From Nanoarchaeota archaeon SCGC AAA011-D5 (GTDB lineage: Archaea > Nanobdellota > Nanobdellia > Pacearchaeales > GW2011-AR1), in the NCBI GenBank assembly GCA_000405225.1, contig ASMP01000002.1:1494-65493 (forward strand): a stretch of DNA of 64,000 nucleotides. Direction: 5' to 3'. A program made the position numbers and the translations under genes. Positions 54,273 to 62,766 of the stretch are shown here, in pieces. How positions within the stretch are numbered: position 1 is the stretch's first letter; each line of letters opens with the position of its first letter. Below the pieces are notes generated by a model that saw only the letters and a list, made by a program, of their open reading frames with translations, did not search any database and was not told where the DNA came from.

Positions 54273-55532
54273 ATGTTAATAAAAAAAAACATGGCAACAC
54301 TTGGAATCTTAATTGTAGCATTTGCCGTAGTCTTGGCATCAGCAGTTTATGCTACGCATATTCCTGTGCAGTGCAATGATGGCGCTGATAATGACTTAGA
54401 CGAAAAAATAGACTTTCCTACAGATAATGGGTGCTCAAGTGCATTAGATAACACTGAAAGTATAACATTAGGATATGCACATGGGTGTCTTACTAATGGA
54501 GATGAATTAAAAGATGTTTTTGGAAATACAAATTACCAATGTAATGCTAATTCTTGCATAGCATGTGTTTTGATGACTGAAGCAGGGAATTGGACAACAC
54601 TTCTAAGTAAATGTAATAATTTGCCTCCTTGTGGATTCAATGATGGCAATGGGGGAGTCGGCGGAAACACGACAATAGATTCACAACCACCTAACCTAAC
54701 AATAAACAATCCAATAGAAGGGAGGATTTACAACTCCAGGACGGTTTTGCTTGATCTGAAAGTAGATGAAAAATCAGATATTTATTACACCGATTTAGTC
54801 AACGGGCGCGGAAGATGGACAAGGGTCTGCTCTGATTGTCTTGGATATAAAAGGACAAGGTCTTTCGGAGAGGGGCTTAACAGCATACAATTCAAAGCGT
54901 CAGATGTTATCGGAAATACTGCCTATAAAAACATCTCGTTTTTTATAGATAGCATGAAACCAAGAATACTAAGAGAAGAGCCAAAAGACGGATTCACAAG
55001 CGGGGATTTCTCAATACAATTTAGTGAAGATAATCCTGAAAGATTATTCATGACGTATGGGGACGTTAATCCAGGATTTAATGTTCATGAAATAGACATA
55101 GATAATGAGTGCCAGTTAGAGAGAGGGAGATATTACTGCGACACCCATATTAACCTATCTGGGTATGATGGGCATGAAATATTGTACTGGGTGACTCTCA
55201 CAGACATTGCAGGCACACAGACTGATTCCAAAAAACATAACGGATTGGATGTTGATACAACTTCCCCTGTTATAAATAGTTTAACCAATACAATTAACAA
55301 AAGGTATGTTAATTTTGTAGTCAACGTCACGGAAGAAAACTTTGACGAAGCAAATTATTCTTACATAGACACCAATGGAAGAACAAGAGAAGGGAGACTG
55401 TGCTCCAGATTAAAAGACGGAATTTGCGAGAAAAAATTAAGTTTCAGACCAGGGCATTTTGATGTTTCAATTCAGGTTTTAGACAAGGCTGGAAACAGCG
55501 TTGGGCAAGTAACCAGCTTTGATGTTGTCTAA
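54273..55532 (+). CDS. secreted protein with a C.DG.DND-type Cys/Asp-rich N-terminal motif and Cys-pair Ig-like modules
   Basis: Signal peptide. CNDGADNDLDEKIDFPTDNGC. Modules containing RWTRVCSDC, FFIDSMKPRI, DVDTTSPVI, LDKAGNS. Confidence 0.6.
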   Translation: MLIKKNMATLGILIVAFAVVLASAVYATHIPVQCNDGADNDLDEKIDFPTDNGCSSALDNTESITLGYAHGCLTNGDELKDVFGNTNYQCNANSCIACVLMTEAGNWTTLLSKCNNLPPCGFNDGNGGVGGNTTIDSQPPNLTINNPIEGRIYNSRTVLLDLKVDEKSDIYYTDLVNGRGRWTRVCSDCLGYKRTRSFGEGLNSIQFKASDVIGNTAYKNISFFIDSMKPRILREEPKDGFTSGDFSIQFSEDNPERLFMTYGDVNPGFNVHEIDIDNECQLERGRYYCDTHINLSGYDGHEILYWVTLTDIAGTQTDSKKHNGLDVDTTSPVINSLTNTINKRYVNFVVNVTEENFDEANYSYIDTNGRTREGRLCSRLKDGICEKKLSFRPGHFDVSIQVLDKAGNSVGQVTSFDVV

Positions 55533-55595
55533 ATTTACCAAATCAGAGTAACAATATAAAATATTTAAATGAGAAGGCACTTAAAATAATGGAAT

Positions 55596-58592
55596 ATGAA
55601 AAAAGAAATCTTGATAATAGCATTAACGATTACACTAACTGTTTTTTTGGCTAGTTTTCTTTCTGCGGCAACGTTTTTTGTTGACAATACCGTTTCTTGT
55701 GATGATAATACTTTAAATTCATCGGCAACGCCTTATTGTGAGATTCAAGAAGCTGTTGATGACGCTTCAAATGGGGATACTATTAATGTTGTTGCTGGGA
55801 CGTATGACGAACAGGTTGTGATTGACAGCAAGAGCTTAACACTTCAAGGTGCTGGAGATACAACAATCATAAAACCATCTTCGGCTAGTTTATTGACAAC
55901 TTTTTATACATACCCAATCGGAGTTTTGCCGGCGTGGGTTGGACTTAAACTTGCTGGTTCGATTTTAGTTAAAAATAACTCTAATGTAACAGTAAAAAAT
56001 TTGAAAGTTGACGGAATAGATGTTTCAAGTTTGCCTGTTGGAGCAGATAGACTCGCCGGAATAATATATGGGGAAGCTGGAGGACTAATCTCAAATGTAA
56101 CTGTTAACAATATCAAGACTCCTGGTTACTCAATAAGAGGATATGCAATTGATACTAGTTCAGTTACAGCTCCCTTAAACATAGAAATTAAAGACAGCAG
56201 AGTTAATGATTTTGCCCGCACAGCAATTCAAGCACAGAGTGCAAATCTTACAGCCAATATTCATGATAATGTAATTGTCGGACCTGGTTCAATTGGCCCT
56301 GCGAATGTGCCAAACGGTATAGTTTTAATTGCCGGAGCAAAAGGAAATGCAACTAATAACAAAATTAGTGCTAATCATTATACTGGCGTCACTTTTTTAG
56401 GTTCGGGGGTATTGTTATTCCAGGCAGGAGATGGAATCTTAATATCAAACAACGAGATTTTTGATGTTGATGATGCAATAATTCTTGCTGGAACAGATTT
56501 GTCCAATGTTCAAAATAATAATCTTCATAATAATGTTAAAGGAGTTAGAATTGAAGACGTTAGCGGGGATGGTTCTGCAAGTAACAGCCTAACAGATAAT
56601 ATAATTAAAGATAACACATTATTTGGAATAGACATCGGAAGTTCTTCTGGGGGAAGCAATTCTGCAAATAAAAACAGCATTACTGGAAATTCTGTAGGAG
56701 TAAATAACGGGGGTGCATTCAGTTTCAATGCAACATATAACTGGTGGGGGGATTGCTCTGGGCCAGATGTTGATGGACTGGGAAACCCTGGAACAGGAGA
56801 CAGAATTGTAAATGCATCTGGACCTGTTCTTTTTAATCCATGGGTTGGAGTTTGCATAACAGATAAAATTAATGTTCAATGTGCAGAGCAATCAAAAGAT
56901 GTAATGCTTAGTGCAAATGTTAGCTCTTTCATAGGAACTCCGGCTTTAGACGATGTTTGGTTTTCATATACAATAAATGGAACAAATTACAACAAAACCG
57001 GACTAAATACTTTCGGCGACGTTTATAATGCCACAATAAATTCCTCAGAATTGGTTGGTGGGCAAAGTGTAAGTTGGAATGTTTATGCAAATGATACTTC
57101 AGGCGTTGTTGTTGGAAATGGGCTTCAGACATTTTATGTGCGCAATGCGACGAGGCTTGGAATTGTGCCCTTTCCTGCAGACGGGTTAAATGGCTGGTGG
57201 GTTACAGAGCCGGTATTTTCATTAACGCCAGATGCAGCAAGTGCTGGAAATGATTCATGGTATCAATGGGATGCCGATGATATCTTCAAATATACGGGAC
57301 CTTTTGACTTGGATGATATTCCAAATGCCCCCCCTATAGAATCTGCAGGAACTCTTGGATTAAACTGGTGGACAACTTTTGGAATTTGCGGAAATGAAAC
57401 TGTTCAAAGTCAGACTTTATTTATTGATTTAAAAAATCCGCTGATCACAGATCTTCAGCCAGCTGATGGCTCAACAGTTTTCAATAATTTAAGTCCGACG
57501 ATAAGTGCACTTCTAGATGAGGTTTACCAAAGTAATTCAGGAATTAATCAAAGCAGTGTTTCAATGAGGCTTGATGGTGTGTCTGTTAGCGCAAATGTAA
57601 CTCCTTCTGGAGATTTGGATGCTATTGTGAATTTTACTCCTAGCTTTAATTTATCTCTTGGAAACCATCAAGTTTATGTAAATGTAACAGACAACGCAGG
57701 AAGATTTTCACAGAAAACATGGAACTTCACAATAAATACAACTGGTGTGTTTAATATGACTGTTCATTCACCGAAAAACATAACATATAGCACAAGAAAA
57801 ATTCCATTTAACATAAGCTTAACTGGAGAGGTTGAAAAACTAGAATACATTAATTACAATGAAAGAATTCCTCGTTGGAGAATATTATGCAGAGACTGCA
57901 ATCAATCTGGATTTGACAAACAAAAAAACAAAACACTGCTTGAAGGAGAAAATTTAATAGGAATAAAGGCAACCGATTTCCTTGGACAGATGAATCAGCA
58001 AAATATAAGCTTGTTCATTGATACCAAATCTCCTAAAATACTTAAAACAGAACCTGCCAAAAACAAGGTAACAAACGGAAGCTTTTCAATAAAATACACT
58101 GAAGATAATGTAAAGGAAGTCTTGTTAAGCTGGAATCCAACTGTAAATTTAACGAGCCAGTGCAATACGCCTGGAAAAAACGTTGTCTGCGACGTGCAAA
58201 TTAACAATAATCTCTCTAACTTTTCAGCTTATGACGGACAGAATATAATGTATTGGATTAACATGACAGATGTTGCTAACCATACGGCCAGCACAAAACC
58301 AACGAAGGTTTTTGTAGACACGACAGCACCAGTAATAAATTTCTTTAATCATTCTATATCAGGAAAAACCGTTGAATTTGTTATTCTTATTACTGAAGCT
58401 AATTTTGATGAGATAAATTACTTTGATTTAAGCCAAAGTAATCCAAAAAAAGTGCAATTATGTTCAAAAATTAGTGGTGGGCTTTGCAACAAGAAAAAAA
58501 CCTTTAAAACCGGCGCACATAACTTAACAATTAATGTTCTTGACGACGCTGGAAATGCTGCAATGCAAAATTTGAACTTCATAATCTCATAG
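55596..58592 (+). CDS. large secreted adhesin-like protein: right-handed beta-helix region + Ig-like modules (998 aa)
   Basis: PYCEIQEAVDDASNGDTINVVAGTYDE followed by repeated N..I/V.GN-type beta-helix turns. >30 N-x-S/T sequons. C-terminal modules paralogous to 54273 and 61062. Confidence 0.7.
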   Translation: MKKEILIIALTITLTVFLASFLSAATFFVDNTVSCDDNTLNSSATPYCEIQEAVDDASNGDTINVVAGTYDEQVVIDSKSLTLQGAGDTTIIKPSSASLLTTFYTYPIGVLPAWVGLKLAGSILVKNNSNVTVKNLKVDGIDVSSLPVGADRLAGIIYGEAGGLISNVTVNNIKTPGYSIRGYAIDTSSVTAPLNIEIKDSRVNDFARTAIQAQSANLTANIHDNVIVGPGSIGPANVPNGIVLIAGAKGNATNNKISANHYTGVTFLGSGVLLFQAGDGILISNNEIFDVDDAIILAGTDLSNVQNNNLHNNVKGVRIEDVSGDGSASNSLTDNIIKDNTLFGIDIGSSSGGSNSANKNSITGNSVGVNNGGAFSFNATYNWWGDCSGPDVDGLGNPGTGDRIVNASGPVLFNPWVGVCITDKINVQCAEQSKDVMLSANVSSFIGTPALDDVWFSYTINGTNYNKTGLNTFGDVYNATINSSELVGGQSVSWNVYANDTSGVVVGNGLQTFYVRNATRLGIVPFPADGLNGWWVTEPVFSLTPDAASAGNDSWYQWDADDIFKYTGPFDLDDIPNAPPIESAGTLGLNWWTTFGICGNETVQSQTLFIDLKNPLITDLQPADGSTVFNNLSPTISALLDEVYQSNSGINQSSVSMRLDGVSVSANVTPSGDLDAIVNFTPSFNLSLGNHQVYVNVTDNAGRFSQKTWNFTINTTGVFNMTVHSPKNITYSTRKIPFNISLTGEVEKLEYINYNERIPRWRILCRDCNQSGFDKQKNKTLLEGENLIGIKATDFLGQMNQQNISLFIDTKSPKILKTEPAKNKVTNGSFSIKYTEDNVKEVLLSWNPTVNLTSQCNTPGKNVVCDVQINNNLSNFSAYDGQNIMYWINMTDVANHTASTKPTKVFVDTTAPVINFFNHSISGKTVEFVILITEANFDEINYFDLSQSNPKKVQLCSKISGGLCNKKKTFKTGAHNLTINVLDDAGNAAMQNLNFIIS

Positions 58593-58707
58593 TTCATTAG
58601 ACAGGAGTAATGATAAAAAGCCATTTTTGTTGACGGTAATTGTTCCTTTTCATTGAACAAAAGGAATGACAAAAACTATTTTGTCGATGACAATAATGCT
58701 TTTAAAG
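58592..58707 (+). promoter_or_regulatory. envelope-island promoter/operator cassette, copy 3
   Basis: AATGATAAA(58609)-N13-TGACGGTAAT, then AATGACAAA(58665)-N11-CGATGACAAT-N4-CTTTTAAA(58699). ATG is at 58766. Confidence 0.6.
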
Positions 58708-58765
58708 AAACGGGTTTTGAAGAGTCTAGGTGATAATAAGAGAGCTGAAAGGAGGTTATATATAA

Positions 58766-59218
58766 ATGAAAAAACTTTTACTTTTTTGGGTGATGTTTGG
58801 TGTTCTTATTAGTATGTCAAGTTCTGTTCTTGCTGTTAATCAGGGGCTGAATGTAACAATTGGTGAAGACATTCATCTTTTGATTAATCCTGATACAGTT
58901 GATTTCGGAACAAGAGTACCTGGAACTGGTTATTCTGCATTAAACGGACCCATAACATTTGATGCTACCGGAAGTAATGTTGATGTAACTGTAACAGTTT
59001 CAGCTGTAACAGGATTCCCTTTTGATAGCGCTACATTGCTTTTAGATGGAGATAGTACTCCAGTAGGAAAATCTTGGCTTTTAGTATGTGAAACTCCCCT
59101 TACAGTATGCACATATGATGTTGCAAGCACTGTGCCAACATTAGATATTCCAACAGGAGCTTCACAAGGAAACCATGTAGGAACAATAACATACACAGTA
59201 ACAGGCCCATCGCCATAA
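58766..59218 (+). CDS. small secreted beta-rich protein (150 aa), candidate filament/major subunit
   Basis: Sec signal ..MSSSVLAV. The mature ~125 aa is ~50% identical by eye to the C-terminal domain of the next gene. Conserved Cys pair. Ends TITYTVTGPSP. Confidence 0.6.
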   Translation: MKKLLLFWVMFGVLISMSSSVLAVNQGLNVTIGEDIHLLINPDTVDFGTRVPGTGYSALNGPITFDATGSNVDVTVTVSAVTGFPFDSATLLLDGDSTPVGKSWLLVCETPLTVCTYDVASTVPTLDIPTGASQGNHVGTITYTVTGPSP

Positions 59219-59223
59219 TTAAA

Positions 59224-60321
59224 ATGGAATATAAAAAGTTCCTTATCTTTTTTGCGGTATTTGTAATATCGGTTGGACTTGTGTCTGCTGCCGTTACCGT
59301 AACATCGAAAAGCAGATCGTCCACTGGAGCAGCGTTCACAGAAATTTCTACGGAAAATGATGTTTCCATTCCAAATTCCTTAAGATTATTTGCAAGTGAA
59401 ATAACAAGTTTTCCTCCAACAAATGAGGCAAGATTTAGGGTAAATTTTGCTTCAGGAACAAAATTATCCGACTTGGAAAGTGTTTCTTGGATGCAGTTTG
59501 TTGATCATGGATACATTTCCCATGTTGATGTTTTGCTTGATATCAACGGAAATGGAGTTTATGATGGAACTGCTGGAGGCGACGATGCATTAGTTTTCGA
59601 ATATGCCAAGGTTAAGCCTAGTTTAGGGTGTGACGATGTAGATGATTACCCTCTTGGAAGTGTTGATACATTTGGAGACAAAGGAATCGTAGATAATGAT
59701 GCTTGGGCTTGGTTAACTTCAGGACCTGCAGGAGGATGTGCATCACCAGCAACAGAATTTTTCTGGCATGTTTTAAGTGCTTGGAAAGCAGGCGTACCTC
59801 CTTCAGAGGCTAATGGAAAAACCATTAATGGAAACACAAAAGTCGTTGCATTAGAAATAGAAGTAGACGGATGGATAGCAGAATCAGAGGCATTTATAGA
59901 CGATGTTAAAATAAATAATGCGTTGGTTGAAAATTTTGACGGCGCGCAGGTAGTGGAAGTTGAAATTGTCGCCCTTACACTTGTAAGCATCGCTCCTACG
60001 AGCTTGAACTTTGGCTCACTCTCACCAGGAACAACAGACAATGCCGCATTAAATGGGCCCATCTTGTTTGATGCTACTGGCAGCAATACAAATGTTAACA
60101 TAGAAGTTGCATCTGTTACTGGTTTTCCTTTTGCAGATGGTCTAGAATTTGATGGATTTAATCCAGTAGGACAAGATTGGGACTTTATTTGTGTAGTAGT
60201 TAATAATGTTTGCACATATCCGGTTCAATCAACAGAGCCCACCTTAAGCATACCAGCAGGAGCAGTTATTGGAGAGCATATAGGAACTGTAACATATACT
60301 GTGACAGGATCTCCACCATGA
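59224..60321 (+). CDS. secreted two-domain protein: N-terminal jelly-roll/lectin-like domain + C-terminal subunit-like domain
   Basis: Signal peptide. N-domain ends ..EIEVDGWIAESEAFIDDVKINN. C-domain LNFGSLSPGT..NGPILFDATGSN..VTGFPF..VCTYPV..GTVTYTVTGSPP parallels the 58766 product. Confidence 0.6.
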   Translation: MEYKKFLIFFAVFVISVGLVSAAVTVTSKSRSSTGAAFTEISTENDVSIPNSLRLFASEITSFPPTNEARFRVNFASGTKLSDLESVSWMQFVDHGYISHVDVLLDINGNGVYDGTAGGDDALVFEYAKVKPSLGCDDVDDYPLGSVDTFGDKGIVDNDAWAWLTSGPAGGCASPATEFFWHVLSAWKAGVPPSEANGKTINGNTKVVALEIEVDGWIAESEAFIDDVKINNALVENFDGAQVVEVEIVALTLVSIAPTSLNFGSLSPGTTDNAALNGPILFDATGSNTNVNIEVASVTGFPFADGLEFDGFNPVGQDWDFICVVVNNVCTYPVQSTEPTLSIPAGAVIGEHIGTVTYTVTGSPP

Positions 60322-60325
60322 GAAA

Positions 60326-61060
60326 ATGAAAATTAAGTTTTTTTTATTATTTATAACTTTAACTTTATTCGTGTTGAACGCGATTCAGGCTGTCGGCTTT
60401 TCGCCGAGCAGCTTGACCTTTGATCTAGGAAAAAATCAGGAAGAATGTAAAATGATAACAATAGAATCAGATTCAGAAAAAATAACAGTTTCAGATAGCT
60501 GGGCAGAGAATGAAAGTGTTGAATGGAAAGTCAGTTCATTTAACACAAGTTCAAGTGAGCATGAAATTACAATAACCTATGACAATGAACTTTCTATTGA
60601 TGAAAGAGAGGTTGAAGTTTGCCTTTCTGGAAGCAAACTTGGAGAATATCATGGAGTTTGGTTATTTCAAGAAGAACAGCAAGGAAATTCTGTTGTTCAA
60701 TTTGGAGTTTGGCTCAAAGTTTTAATAAATGAGCAACCAGTAGCTGCCAGTAGCTCAGGTGGAGGTGGAGGCTCTGGAGGTGGAGGCGGAATCATTGCTC
60801 CGAAAAATACTACGAATACGACAAATAATTCTATAAAATTTGAAAATACAGCTAATGCACAATCTGAAACAGAAGCGGGAACTGAGTCAGCAGGAACAGA
60901 AGGAGAAACAGAAGATTCTTTTTCCAGAATAACAGGCAGAGCTATTTGGGGAAATATAAATGCCAGAAACTTAATTGCGCCTGCCGCGGTAATCGTCCTT
61001 GCGATTGTTGCATTAATAATTTATAAAAGAAAAAATAACTTGCGGCAAAGGGGATATTAA
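60326..61060 (+). CDS. signal peptide + single beta-sandwich + Gly-rich/acidic linker + C-terminal TM anchor protein
   Basis: ..AVGFSPSSLTFDLGKNQEECKMITIES.., GEYHGVWLF, SSSGGGGGSGGGGG, LIAPAAVIVLAIVALIIYKRKNN. Confidence 0.55.
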   Translation: MKIKFFLLFITLTLFVLNAIQAVGFSPSSLTFDLGKNQEECKMITIESDSEKITVSDSWAENESVEWKVSSFNTSSSEHEITITYDNELSIDEREVEVCLSGSKLGEYHGVWLFQEEQQGNSVVQFGVWLKVLINEQPVAASSSGGGGGSGGGGGIIAPKNTTNTTNNSIKFENTANAQSETEAGTESAGTEGETEDSFSRITGRAIWGNINARNLIAPAAVIVLAIVALIIYKRKNNLRQRGY

Positions 61061-61061
61061 C

Positions 61062-61985
61062 ATGAAAAAAAGAGGTTTTTTATTTTTAGGGATTTTATTA
61101 GTTGGAACAGTGTTTGCTTTTACCATGGAGCAGGGTTTAAAGGTGACTATTTTAACAGGAGATATAAATATTATTTCCCCTATGCAGGATAATATTTATG
61201 ATGACAGAAGAATTCCTGTCATAATTTTGCTTAGCGAAGAAGCCGAGTATTTAAAAGTTAGCGATAACGGCGGAAGATTTAGAAATCTTTGCAGAAACTG
61301 CGATAGTTTAGGCTTTTGGTCAACTAGGATAATGGGCTTTGATGAAGGATTCCATGAACTGGAATTCGTGGCCGTATTTAGTGATAGAACTGTGTCACAA
61401 AACGTGTCTTTCTTTATAGATAGTAAAGATCCAACAATAACTAAAACAACGCCAGCAAGAAATCAGGTAACAAACGGATCTGACTTTTCTGTTAAATACA
61501 CAGAGAGTAATGTAAAAGAAATCTTATTGATCTGGAATCCAACTATTAATCTTACTGGACAATGTGCTTCTGGAGAAGACGTAATCTGCAATGTGCCCCA
61601 AGTTGACTTAACAGCTTTTGATGGGCAGGAAATTGAATACTGGTTTAATGTAACAGACATTGCCGACAACACAGATAGTTCTATTCCAACAAAAGTCCTG
61701 GTTGATACAACTTCCCCCTTGCTGACTGTGAATGCTCCTGTAAATACCGCTTATGGAAGAAGAGTTCCTTTTAATCTAAGTGTTAGCGAAGATGTTACCT
61801 TGGATTTAATAGACAACTCTGATTTAAGTCCAACATGGAAAAGAATATGCTCAAATTGTAATTCTTATGGATTAACCAGCTTAAGAACAAAGTCATTCAA
61901 AACAGGAATGCACGACATTGTAATCAGGGCAACAGACAAGGCAGGCAACAGCGACAGCGAAGCTGTAAGTCTTGATGTTGCCTAA
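61062..61985 (+). CDS. secreted protein made of three Cys-pair Ig-like modules (paralog of the 54273 and 55596 C-termini)
   Basis: RFRNLCRNC, FFIDSKDPTI, VTNGSDFSVKYTESNVKEILLIWNPTINLTGQC, VDTTSPLL, WKRICSNC, TDKAGNS. Confidence 0.6.
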   Translation: MKKRGFLFLGILLVGTVFAFTMEQGLKVTILTGDINIISPMQDNIYDDRRIPVIILLSEEAEYLKVSDNGGRFRNLCRNCDSLGFWSTRIMGFDEGFHELEFVAVFSDRTVSQNVSFFIDSKDPTITKTTPARNQVTNGSDFSVKYTESNVKEILLIWNPTINLTGQCASGEDVICNVPQVDLTAFDGQEIEYWFNVTDIADNTDSSIPTKVLVDTTSPLLTVNAPVNTAYGRRVPFNLSVSEDVTLDLIDNSDLSPTWKRICSNCNSYGLTSLRTKSFKTGMHDIVIRATDKAGNSDSEAVSLDVA

Positions 61986-62056
61986 ATGCCAGATTAATTT
62001 CAAATTTTTAATTTCGGCCTTTTTTTCCTTTGTTTTCTTTATTTTCACCAAAAAGA

Positions 62057-62101
62057 AGTAATGACAAAAACTATTTTCTCGACGACAGCAATACTTAAAA
62101 A
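62057..62101 (+). promoter_or_regulatory. envelope-island promoter/operator cassette, copy 4 (proximal unit only)
   Basis: AATGACAAA(62060)-N11-CGACGACAGC-N4-CTTAAAAA(62094). ATG is at 62125. Confidence 0.55.
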
Positions 62102-62124
62102 GGGTAACTACTCTGGAATTACTA

Positions 62125-62766
62125 ATGATTAAAAGATTAGGCGTTATGGTGGTAATTTTATTCATTGTGCTGGTTAGCGTGGGGGCTGTCAGCGCCATTA
62201 CAGGAGCCATGGGAAACGCAAGGATGATACTTTATCCAGAGGTAAACGGACTGACATATACTGAAATTGAAAAAAGTCTCCTGATAAAGAACGTGAATAA
62301 TGAGTCCATCAACATCACTCTTCAAATTGATGAAGAAACAGGAAAATTCATTGAACTGATTGATGAAAGCTTTATTTTGGAACCAAAAACTGAAAAAAAA
62401 GCGCAATTTATTGTTAAGGTAAAAGAAGAAGGAACTTACAAAGGAAAAATAGCTGTTTTTTTCTCTGGTTTGGGAAAGCAAAAAGCAGGGGTTGCTTTGT
62501 CCTCTGAAGTTATTGTAATAGCAAGAAAGGACCAAGGAAGCAGAGGCGGAGGCGGTGATTCCGGAGGGGTTGGGCAGGAAGACACAGGAGGAGTAATTAG
62601 CGACGAAAGTGGAGAAAAGAAGAGCTCTTTAACAACTTCAGGATTGCTGATTGTCCCTGTTCTTGTCTTGTCAATTATTCTTGTAGCTTTGATGATTATC
62701 ATGATGAAAAAAAGAAAAAAAGGCGATAAAAGGAGGAAGAAAGTAAATGCAAGGAGAAAAAAATGA
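62125..62766 (+). CDS. signal peptide + single beta-sandwich + Gly-rich linker + C-terminal TM anchor with a highly basic tail
   Basis: ..LIKNVNNESINITLQID.., GTYKGKIAVFF, GSRGGGGDSGG, LLIVPVLVLSIILVALMIIMMKKRKKGDKRRKK. Same architecture as 60326..61060. Confidence 0.55.
   Translation: MIKRLGVMVVILFIVLVSVGAVSAITGAMGNARMILYPEVNGLTYTEIEKSLLIKNVNNESINITLQIDEETGKFIELIDESFILEPKTEKKAQFIVKVKEEGTYKGKIAVFFSGLGKQKAGVALSSEVIVIARKDQGSRGGGGDSGGVGQEDTGGVISDESGEKKSSLTTSGLLIVPVLVLSIILVALMIIMMKKRKKGDKRRKKVNARRKK

Noticed and set aside
60750-60800. GGTGGAGG-type nucleotide repeats in 60326-61060 (and similar at ~62540-62580), considered as a micro-satellite or phase-variation tract.
   Set aside because: They encode the Gly-rich linkers SSSGGGGGSGGGGG and GSRGGGGDSGG. 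Codons are mixed (ggt/gga/ggc), so the DNA is not a perfect slippage-prone repeat.
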